A stretch of 43,129 nt of DNA from Bacteroidales bacterium (GTDB lineage: Bacteria; Bacteroidota; Bacteroidia; Bacteroidales; JAOZVK01), in assembly GCA_029938185.1 (NCBI GenBank), contig JAOZVK010000002.1:1-43129 (forward strand), read 5' to 3'. Positions 7,739 through 15,714 of this stretch are shown one piece after another (position 1 is the stretch's first letter; each line of letters starts with the position of its first letter). The notes below the pieces were generated by a model, which did not search any database, was not told where the DNA came from, and was given only the letters and a program-made list of their open reading frames with translations. Made by a program: the position numbers and the translations under genes.

Positions 7739-10102
7739 ATGAAATCAATTTTGAAGTTAACAAAAATAATTTTTATCATTTTTTTTATTTTCCCAATAAA
7801 TGTTTTTACACAGAATCTTGAAATAACAGATATTCAATTTCGTAGAGATTCCTTATTGGTTGATGTTTTTTTTAGCGTCCGAGATGGAGGTGGCTTAATT
7901 AAACTAAAAGATGTATATGATGATTTGAGAGTTGTTGAAAAGAAATTTGATAAAAGCTTAGAAATGAACAAACTTCATTATCAAAATCTTAAAGGTGGAG
8001 TTTCGGGCAATAGACCGGGAGGAAACAATGGTGCAAAGGTTAAAGTTGAACAAATGACCATATCGGTAGCTCTTGATTATAGCGGAAGTATGAGTTATCA
8101 TAACAAATTGGAACAAGCCAAAAAAGCTGTAAAAAGTGTTTTCGATGTTGGGCTTCCTGATGGTAGTATTTGGTTTACAACATTTCATCATGATATATCA
8201 GCAAAAAAAATACTAACACCATCAAACTATGATGAGATAGTTGGTAGTTTAGTACCACACCCAAAAAACAAAAGTAGCTTGTTTCATACCAATTTACGAA
8301 CAGTTATTGTTAATAAAATAATTGAACTCAAAGAATCTAAAAGAAAGGGAAAAAAAGTATTAATAATATTAACTGATGGTAAACATGATTTAAAAAATCA
8401 CCCTGACTTGGAAAGTATTTCTCCAGACGAAAAGCAAGTTTTGGACTGGGCAAGCAAAGCCGATATTGATATATATACCATTGGTATTGGCGATAATTCT
8501 AAAGGAGAGTCAAGCATAAACAAAAAATTTCTTGAAGCAATACCGGCAGCAACAAAGAGCAAGTTTGATGGTTATCTTTTTGCAAAACTTCCAAAAGACT
8601 TAGGAAAACATATAAAGAAAACAATAGAAACAGCCAGAGCTGACTATATGATAACACTAAGGTCTAATTTTGATATTTATGAAGGAGTGGACAGAACTGT
8701 TACACTAAGAATAAACAAAGGTTCGCTTGATGTTGAAGATGATATTCAATATATAGGGGGGAGTGGAATTGATAAAATAAAAATGTTTGAAATGGATGAG
8801 AAGGGTAATATTGTACATGTAAAGCCAAATGTATTTGCATCTATTTTAACAGGAATAACTGCTTTGTTTTTATTATTTGTTGTTTCTGTGATTTTGTATC
8901 CGGCTACGATGAAAAAAATATTTGATAAGAAATTTACAAAAAAATATATACCCGAAGATGATGATACTACAGAAGATTGCCCTGTATGTGGCAACCAAAT
9001 TGTTAAGGGCGAGCTGATTGTAACAAAATGTGAACACAAACAACATAAAACATGCTGGGAAGGCGAGCCAGACCCTAATAAATGTATTATGAATTGCGAT
9101 GCTAAATTTGATAAAGGTTTTAAAGTGAGTGACTTTTTTGACCAAAAAGGAGAAACAGTTTCACTAAACTGGATGTTTTTTGGTGCTCTTGCCTTGTTTG
9201 TTGCATATATAATTATAGCTTTAAGTGGCGATAGTGGCTCATATTCATCTTTTATGCAATCGTTGTTAGCAACAGTAACAGGCGAAGATACTAAAGTTAT
9301 AAAACGTATATATTTGTCGGATTTTACACGTAATACCTTAAATGGAATTTTTGTAAGTGCCTCATTAGGCTTTGCTTTTTCGTATCTCGAAGAAAGACGT
9401 AAAAGAATGGATGCCAAAACTTTTATTAAAATTTTTGTAAGAACATTTATTTTAGGTTTAATTGGTTTTATTGTCTTTTTCATTGGTTCTTCAATCTCAA
9501 AAGCGATAAATATGGATTATATTTCGGGCTTAATTATGTGGTTGTTGTTTGGCTTAATTATAGGTGCATCTTTATCAATAGGTACATCAATTAGTGTGAA
9601 AAATGGAATAATAGGTGGACTTTTGGCTTCAATTATAGCATACCAACCATTTTATTTTATAATTAAATATGTGGGAATGCCAGATATATCAAAAGTTATA
9701 AGTTTTATTATTTATGGAGCCATACTTGGTTTATTGATTTCGGTTGTAAACAAAAAACTTGAAAAATATGTTCTGAAAATAACACAAGTACCAGCCGGCA
9801 GCGAAAAATGGCAAGGAGTTGATGTGAAAATTCATAAATGGATGAATACGAGTCAAGTAGTTACTATTGGTAAATCAGTTGATAATCATTTTACTGTTCA
9901 TTGGGAAGACCAAATTCCTGAAAGTTCTATTAGTCTTGAAAAAACAGTAGATGATAAAATATTTTTAAATGTACTTGATACAGTTGAAGAAAAACCTGTA
10001 CAACTAAACAACAGAATTCTTGTAGAAGGTACTAAAAGACAAATTTCTAACAATGATATAATCCAAATAGGAGAAACTAAATTTCAGTATATGGAAGAAT
10101 AA
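7739..10102 (+). CDS. Signal peptide, vWA domain, TM, RING-H2-like zinc finger, ~6 TM helices and a C-terminal FHA-like domain; candidate membrane E3 ligase
   Basis: vWA MIDAS ISVALDYSGSMS (gat at 8075) and VLIILTDGKHD. RING-like CPVCGNQIVKGELIVTKCEHKQHKTCWEGEPDPNKCIMNCD (8978-9097) has spacing C-x2-C-x13-C-x-H-x2-H-x2-C-x9-C-x3-C. Several hydrophobic helices lie between ~9170 and 9750. C-terminal VVTIGKSVDNHFTVHW...NNRILVEGTKRQISNNDIIQIGETKFQY is FHA-like but lacks a clear SR.H motif. Confidence 0.75.
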   Translation: MKSILKLTKIIFIIFFIFPINVFTQNLEITDIQFRRDSLLVDVFFSVRDGGGLIKLKDVYDDLRVVEKKFDKSLEMNKLHYQNLKGGVSGNRPGGNNGAKVKVEQMTISVALDYSGSMSYHNKLEQAKKAVKSVFDVGLPDGSIWFTTFHHDISAKKILTPSNYDEIVGSLVPHPKNKSSLFHTNLRTVIVNKIIELKESKRKGKKVLIILTDGKHDLKNHPDLESISPDEKQVLDWASKADIDIYTIGIGDNSKGESSINKKFLEAIPAATKSKFDGYLFAKLPKDLGKHIKKTIETARADYMITLRSNFDIYEGVDRTVTLRINKGSLDVEDDIQYIGGSGIDKIKMFEMDEKGNIVHVKPNVFASILTGITALFLLFVVSVILYPATMKKIFDKKFTKKYIPEDDDTTEDCPVCGNQIVKGELIVTKCEHKQHKTCWEGEPDPNKCIMNCDAKFDKGFKVSDFFDQKGETVSLNWMFFGALALFVAYIIIALSGDSGSYSSFMQSLLATVTGEDTKVIKRIYLSDFTRNTLNGIFVSASLGFAFSYLEERRKRMDAKTFIKIFVRTFILGLIGFIVFFIGSSISKAINMDYISGLIMWLLFGLIIGASLSIGTSISVKNGIIGGLLASIIAYQPFYFIIKYVGMPDISKVISFIIYGAILGLLISVVNKKLEKYVLKITQVPAGSEKWQGVDVKIHKWMNTSQVVTIGKSVDNHFTVHWEDQIPESSISLEKTVDDKIFLNVLDTVEEKPVQLNNRILVEGTKRQISNNDIIQIGETKFQYMEE

Positions 10103-10201
10103 ATGATCTTACTTTCAATGGTATGCAGCTTAACGAAGTGATTATTAATTAGATACAACTTAATAAAATAAAAATTAATTTAATATAAAAAAAAAAGAAT
10201 A

Positions 10202-11074
10202 ATGAAATTTAAAATACTTTTAGTGTTTGTGTTTTTTTCTATTAATTTATTTGCACAAAAAAGTGAGGAGGAAAAAACACTTGAGTATGTTAAAAAAACA
10301 ATAAACGATTATAAAAAATATTGTTCTTTTACAAAAAATTTTGATAGCCTTAGTCCAGAGTATTTAAAACACTTTAAAAAGTTAGTTAGTCCAAGTGCTC
10401 AACTATTTAACGATATACTATTAGATAGTTTAGCTTCTGGAAATCTTAAAATAAATGATTATATTAAAGAAGTCAAAGAGCACTATAAAACAGGTTTTGA
10501 AGTAAATGATGTTACAATTGATTTTTTTGTTGTAGAAAAAAATAGAGATAGGGAGACAAAAGAAAAATATCCTAAAATAGCAGATGTAAGGGTTTTAAAA
10601 AGCTTTAATGGATATTATGATGAAAAAAGCTATATTGATAAAAAAATATATCTAAATATCTTTATAGGGATTAGCAGAAATTATGAGAATAACAAAATAC
10701 TCAATATAGAAGAAAATATAAAAAATAAAATAAAAAGAGATACAATTTCAACAAAAATTAATAATGATTCGATAACAAAAGCTAAGAAAATTAATATAGA
10801 TTCTATTAATTTATTAAAAAAGGAAATTATAGAAATTGACAGTGTTATAAAAGTCAATGAACAAAATAAAAAGGAAACAGAAAAAAAAATAGAATTGCTT
10901 GAAAAAAAGAAATTTAAAAAAGTAGAAATAAATATTAAAAATTATGCAAAGACAGAAGAAAAAGAAAAAAAAGATAGAGAAAAATACAAAGAAAAATATT
11001 TAAATATTACAAAATCTAATAAAAAAGAAAATAAAAAGGATAAAAAACCTAAAAAAGCCAAAAATAAAAAATAA
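10202..11074 (+). CDS. Secreted protein with Lys/Glu-rich low-complexity C-terminal tail, function unknown
   Basis: Signal peptide MKFKILLVFVFFSINLFAQ, a ~150-aa globular part, then a K/E/N-rich tail (..KKENKKDKKPKKAKNKK). Confidence 0.6.
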   Translation: MKFKILLVFVFFSINLFAQKSEEEKTLEYVKKTINDYKKYCSFTKNFDSLSPEYLKHFKKLVSPSAQLFNDILLDSLASGNLKINDYIKEVKEHYKTGFEVNDVTIDFFVVEKNRDRETKEKYPKIADVRVLKSFNGYYDEKSYIDKKIYLNIFIGISRNYENNKILNIEENIKNKIKRDTISTKINNDSITKAKKINIDSINLLKKEIIEIDSVIKVNEQNKKETEKKIELLEKKKFKKVEINIKNYAKTEEKEKKDREKYKEKYLNITKSNKKENKKDKKPKKAKNKK

Positions 11075-11085
11075 ACAGTAATATT

Positions 11086-11379
11086 ATGGATGATGATAAA
11101 AAAAAAATAGAAATAATCTTTGATAACGATATTGAATTCGATGATGATGATATTATCTTTGATGAAGATGATATTATTACTGAAAATGACGATATAAGCG
11201 ATGAAGATGATATAACAAGTAACGAAAAAGATGAACCTATCCCTATTGAAAAAGAAAAAAAATGGGAACCAAAAGATGGTGATTCTGAAATACGCACTGA
11301 GGTAGAAGAAGAAACATGGGATGACTCTCATTTTAAAAATAGAAAGAGAATAAGAATTAAAAAGAAAAAAGTTAAATAA
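11086..11379 (+). CDS. Small highly acidic protein with alternating hydrophobic/acidic repeats and a basic C-terminus
   Basis: 97 aa: IEIIFDNDIEFDDDDIIFDEDDIITENDDISDEDDI ... RKRIRIKKKKVK. The stop is 2 nt before the start of the SrfB-like gene (11382), suggesting translational coupling. Confidence 0.6.
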   Translation: MDDDKKKIEIIFDNDIEFDDDDIIFDEDDIITENDDISDEDDITSNEKDEPIPIEKEKKWEPKDGDSEIRTEVEEETWDDSHFKNRKRIRIKKKKVK

Positions 11380-11381
11380 TT

Positions 11382-14300
11382 ATGGCTGAAATAATATCAT
11401 TAATTGCAAATTCAGGAATTCAATTTATTGAAAAAAGAGTTAATTTAGACGAAAACTCAGATGCCTACACACAAAGAAGCCGTTTTGCCGAAATTGTTAC
11501 AAAAGATGTTGTAGGTGAAAAAGAATACGAATTAGTATTTCCTTATTTGTATAAAAAAAGAGAAAAATATATTTTAAAGGATAGTATAAATATTGAAGCA
11601 TTTAATAAAAAAAATGGTAAAATAGAAGAAGAATATATTAAAGAAAATTATGTTAAGTATGTAGATGAAAGAAAAGGCGATAAGGTTTATTCTGTTCAGG
11701 CACGCGATAGCATTGAAACATTTCAGGGAGCTTGGCTGCCCTTACCATATTTTAGAAAAGCAGGTAATAAAAAGCTACAACCCGGACCATTTTCATGGGC
11801 AAGAATGTGGTTTAGTAAAATTCCTTCAAAAGAAAAAAAAATAGACAATGCAACGCATCATGTCATATTAGCTTTTGATACGCGTACTGTGGAGTCAAAT
11901 GAAGAAAAATATATTGTACCCGAAGAACTTGATGCAGAACAAGGTTCTGTTTTTAAATGTTCGGATGACGATGATGCCACTTTTAATTTTTGTGGTTTAG
12001 AGTGGGTGCAAGAATGGCTTGAAAATGAATTTGAAAAAGGTAAAAAAAGAAATTATAAATATCAGTTTTATCATATAGCAATATATTTTAATTTAATACA
12101 ATTATTAGATAAAATAAATGTTTTTCCTGAAGTTTCATTACACTCAACTCAACAGTTCGAAAATCCATTTTCTAATGAAGTTGATCTAATCCTTGATATT
12201 GGAAACTCAAGAACTTGTGGTTTGCTTTATGAAACATCAAAAGTTGGAAAACCTTTTAGCTTTACTGATGCAGTTCCTCTAAACATAAGAGATTTGACCT
12301 ATCCAAGCAAAAGATACTCCGATCCGTTTTCTATGATTTTGGCTTTTGTAAAAGCCGAATTTGGTAGCGATATTATTATACCCGAAAATATTGATGCTTT
12401 TAAATGGCCAAGCTTATTAAGGATTGGAAGTGAAGCAAAAAGATTGATAGTTATGAATAATAAGCTTTCATCTAATTTTACAATGTCGAGTCCTAAAAGA
12501 TATTTATGGGACAATAGAAAAACTATTTTCCCTTGGGAGTTTATCGCTGATAAAAATGATGATATAAAAAATATTGAAGTTAACGGAGCTATTGTTAGAG
12601 GGCTAAATGAATTGTTTACATCGGAGGGTGTTTATTTAAAAAAAGCACAGGAAATTGCAGAAAATAAAGGTGATGAATTTGTTCAGGATTTTCCTCACAC
12701 ACCAAATTATTCAAGAAAATCATTGATGACTTTCGTTTTTGTTGAAATATTTTTACACGCTTTAACATCTGTGAATAGCTATGAATTTCGTAAAAAACAT
12801 GGTAATGAACGTATTCCTCGAAAGCTTAAACGAATAGTTTTAACATGTCCTACTGCTATGATTCAGAAAGAGCGTTTTTTTCTGAGAGATCTTGCTTTAG
12901 ATGCTCTTAAAACAATAGGAGAACTATTTGATAAATCATTTGTTGATATAAAGGACATTGAAATAATACCAGATCCTCACAATGTTAAAAAACTTGCACA
13001 AGAAGATATTGAAGAAGATAGCAAAAAAATGATAAAAGATTGGGCATATGATGAAGCTACATGTAGCCAATTAACATTTTTATATGGTGAAATTGCACAC
13101 AGATACAGAAAAAAGACTTCTTTATTTTTTAAAATAAATGGAAAAATAAGAAAAAATTCAATTTATGAAAATAAACCTGCTGTAACTGTTGCAAGTGTTG
13201 ATATTGGTGGTGGTACAACCGACCTTATGATAGCAACTTATCAAACATCACCTGAGGATGATTCTGTAATAATACCTGACCCTGAGTTTTGGGAAGGATT
13301 TAATATTGCAGGAGATGATATTAGTCGCAGAATTATTGAAACTTTAATATTACCAGTAATTGCACAAGATGCCAAAAACAAGGAATGTTCTGATATTGTA
13401 GATGTTATGTCTTTTTTATTTGGACACGATATGCAAAGACAAGAAGCGGAAGATAGACATATGAGAAAACAATTTGCACAACAAATTGCAATACCTATGT
13501 CATACCAAATGATACAACATGCAATAGATAATAAGGATAATGAAACAAGAGGTTTCAAAGACTTTTTTGTTGAATACCCAACTCCAAGTGAAGCATTAAT
13601 AGATTATATAAATTCAAATTTTGCAAAAAGAGCTACTAAAAACTTTAATATTAAAAATATTAAATGGGAGTTGAATACAATTCATATAAATGAAGTTGTA
13701 AAAAAAGTTGTTGAAAAAATGCTAAAGAAGCTCTGCATTGTGATTGCTCAATTTAATTGTGATTACTGTGTTTTGGCAGGACGACCAACAACAATGCCTG
13801 TTATTAGAGATTTGTTTTTAAAATATTTGCCAACATATTCCGATAGAATCATACAACTTGGAAATTACCGTATTGGTAGATGGTATCCTTTTGCCGATGC
13901 ATCTGGTAGAATAAAAGACCCAAAAACTTGCGTTTCGGTGGGTGCAACAATTTCACTTATGAGTAAACTTGGACAGCTTGATGGATTTAGGTTTGAAACT
14001 AAATATCTTAAAGATAAACAAAAATCCACAGCCGAGTATATAGGAAAATATGAAAAGGACACAGGCAAAATCTCAAAAACATATTTTACGCCCAAAGATA
14101 ATTTTAGTACTATAGTTTTTAATTCTCCAATGTTGGTCGGTATGAAACAACTAAAAGATGAAGATTGGATTTCCACTCCTATATTTAAAGTAGATTTTGC
14201 GGATTCAAATAGAGCTGCAAAATTAAGTAGTAGAATGCCTTTGAAAATTGATTTAACACGAGACTATGCTACAAATAAAGAAGAGTTTGAAAGTATTGAA

Positions 14301-14426
14301 TCAATATTAGATAATGATGGAGACGAGGTGATGCCGGGCGACATAGCAATAAATTTACAAAGTTTACCAAACGAACATGGATACTGGATGGATACAGGAA
14401 TATTTAATTTACCAATTTTTTCATAA
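11382..14426 (+). CDS. SrfB-like large actin/HSP70-fold ATPase
   Basis: 1014 aa. Phosphate-1 motif VDLILDIGNSRTCGLL (~12181-12220). Phosphate-2 motif VASVDIGGGTTDLMIA (~13198-13225). Adenosine-type motif YCVLAGRPTTMPVIRDLF (~13769-13800). Size and motifs fit my recollection of the SrfB virulence-factor family; this needs HMM confirmation. Confidence 0.7.
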   Translation: MAEIISLIANSGIQFIEKRVNLDENSDAYTQRSRFAEIVTKDVVGEKEYELVFPYLYKKREKYILKDSINIEAFNKKNGKIEEEYIKENYVKYVDERKGDKVYSVQARDSIETFQGAWLPLPYFRKAGNKKLQPGPFSWARMWFSKIPSKEKKIDNATHHVILAFDTRTVESNEEKYIVPEELDAEQGSVFKCSDDDDATFNFCGLEWVQEWLENEFEKGKKRNYKYQFYHIAIYFNLIQLLDKINVFPEVSLHSTQQFENPFSNEVDLILDIGNSRTCGLLYETSKVGKPFSFTDAVPLNIRDLTYPSKRYSDPFSMILAFVKAEFGSDIIIPENIDAFKWPSLLRIGSEAKRLIVMNNKLSSNFTMSSPKRYLWDNRKTIFPWEFIADKNDDIKNIEVNGAIVRGLNELFTSEGVYLKKAQEIAENKGDEFVQDFPHTPNYSRKSLMTFVFVEIFLHALTSVNSYEFRKKHGNERIPRKLKRIVLTCPTAMIQKERFFLRDLALDALKTIGELFDKSFVDIKDIEIIPDPHNVKKLAQEDIEEDSKKMIKDWAYDEATCSQLTFLYGEIAHRYRKKTSLFFKINGKIRKNSIYENKPAVTVASVDIGGGTTDLMIATYQTSPEDDSVIIPDPEFWEGFNIAGDDISRRIIETLILPVIAQDAKNKECSDIVDVMSFLFGHDMQRQEAEDRHMRKQFAQQIAIPMSYQMIQHAIDNKDNETRGFKDFFVEYPTPSEALIDYINSNFAKRATKNFNIKNIKWELNTIHINEVVKKVVEKMLKKLCIVIAQFNCDYCVLAGRPTTMPVIRDLFLKYLPTYSDRIIQLGNYRIGRWYPFADASGRIKDPKTCVSVGATISLMSKLGQLDGFRFETKYLKDKQKSTAEYIGKYEKDTGKISKTYFTPKDNFSTIVFNSPMLVGMKQLKDEDWISTPIFKVDFADSNRAAKLSSRMPLKIDLTRDYATNKEEFESIESILDNDGDEVMPGDIAINLQSLPNEHGYWMDTGIFNLPIFS

Positions 14427-14449
14427 ATAAAATTAAGTAAAGATAGATT

Positions 14450-14549
14450 TAAGGTCTTCGACTTATTTAATGTTACTTACGCATTCTGTTAATACTTTAA
14501 TATTGTGTTTTAACAAAAAGCAAATGTCGGAAAACTTTTGTAAGGCTAC
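14450..14549 (-). repeat. R1 intergenic repeat element, full copy, reverse orientation
   Basis: The sequence taaggtcttcgacttatttaatgttacttacgcattc...caaatgtcggaaaacttttgtaaggctac begins 24 nt after the stop of the SrfB-like gene. Confidence 0.8.
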
Positions 14550-14617
14550 TTAAAACTTTTGTATTTAGACTTATATTTTTCAAATTTTTACGAATTAATA
14601 CTTAATACTCAATAAGC

Positions 14618-14625
14618 TATTTTTG
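14618..14625 (+). promoter_or_regulatory. Candidate Bacteroidota -7 promoter box (TAnnTTTG)
   Basis: tatttttg matches TAnnTTTG ~40 nt upstream of ATG 14665. No convincing -33 TTTG was seen. Confidence 0.3.
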
Positions 14626-14664
14626 TTTTTCACTAATTGACAACTGAATATAAAAAATTTAATT

Positions 14665-15642
14665 ATGGCAGGTATAAAAAAAACAATAACTAATAACAAT
14701 AATGATGAAATAGGCAAAAAAAATTCAATAAAGAAAACTGAATATCTAAGTAAATCACAAGATGCAAATGAAAAAAGTTTAGATAACAATAATACATCGC
14801 AAAAAGTTTTTAGCAAAACATCATATAAAGAAGCAGCAAAACAGTTACTTGATATTTTTGGACACGAAGTTATAAATAGTTTAAAAAACAATCAGTTTTT
14901 AAAAATACCATATACCTATAGCGATATTACTGATGAAGAGTGGCTACTAAAAGCAATACAAACTATACTTAACGAAAATGATGTAATACTAATACTACAA
15001 AGCATTAATAATAAATATAATAATTTGATAAACAAAGTAGAAATACTTCAAACTGAAATAGAAAAAATAAAAAAAAATGTAAAAAACAAACAAAGTGAAA
15101 ACCAAAAACTTGAAAAAGAGAGTGATAAATATTTTATAGAAAACAAAAAACTAAAAGAAGAAATATCAAAGTCAGTAAATCTGTCATTGGTATTCGAGTC
15201 TGTTTTTAGTCAGGATAATCAAAAAGGCTTATTAAGATTAGCAAAAGAAGCTGTTGATGAAGATTCAGACGAAGAAACAGTAAAGTTTTTACTTGCTTTT
15301 CTAAATGGCTGGACGCAAATTATTCCTACATTAGAAATAGAAATTAATAATGAAGAAGAGAAAGTTGAATTATATGACCAAGTGTTAAGAGAATTACTAT
15401 TGTTAATAAAAGATTTGCAAATACCTCAACGAAGAGCCTTTTTAGATGCTTTAGCAAGGTATATAAATAAAAATCTTAATGAATTTGAATTTATTTCGCC
15501 TGAAGAAACTATACAAATAGATATTGACTTGCATAATGCTAAAGGAATTGGAGGTAGCAAAATAAAACAAGGCTTATCTTATGCTGTTGTTAGAAAAGAA
15601 AATAGGCAAACATATAAATATGCAGATATTGAAGTATATTAA
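14665..15642 (+). CDS. Coiled-coil protein with a GrpE-like C-terminal pattern (tentative nucleotide-exchange-factor-like partner)
   Basis: 325 aa with a low-complexity N-terminus and a coiled coil (NLINKVEILQTEIEKIKKNVKNKQSENQKLEKE..). The C-terminus FEFISPEETIQIDIDLHNAKGIGGSKIKQGLSYAVVRKENRQTYKYADIEV resembles the GrpE core pattern (V-E-x-I .. D-P-x-x-H-x-A .. G-Y .. R-x-A-x-V-x-V). This is pattern recognition only. Confidence 0.4.
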   Translation: MAGIKKTITNNNNDEIGKKNSIKKTEYLSKSQDANEKSLDNNNTSQKVFSKTSYKEAAKQLLDIFGHEVINSLKNNQFLKIPYTYSDITDEEWLLKAIQTILNENDVILILQSINNKYNNLINKVEILQTEIEKIKKNVKNKQSENQKLEKESDKYFIENKKLKEEISKSVNLSLVFESVFSQDNQKGLLRLAKEAVDEDSDEETVKFLLAFLNGWTQIIPTLEIEINNEEEKVELYDQVLRELLLLIKDLQIPQRRAFLDALARYINKNLNEFEFISPEETIQIDIDLHNAKGIGGSKIKQGLSYAVVRKENRQTYKYADIEVY

Positions 15643-15714
15643 CTTGAATGTAAGTATTTATTTGGTCTACTACCTTAAAATCTGTTTTTGTACAATTGAT
15701 AAAATTAATAAATT

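Noticed and set aside
8746-9483. Unusually long (245 aa) antisense ORF inside the vWA-RING-FHA gene
   Set aside because: Its length is notable for an AT-rich genome. However, the sense frame carries the RING ligand pattern and TM helices across the same interval, and the antisense product has no motif, signal or paralog. Antisense coding could only be revisited with ribosome-profiling data.
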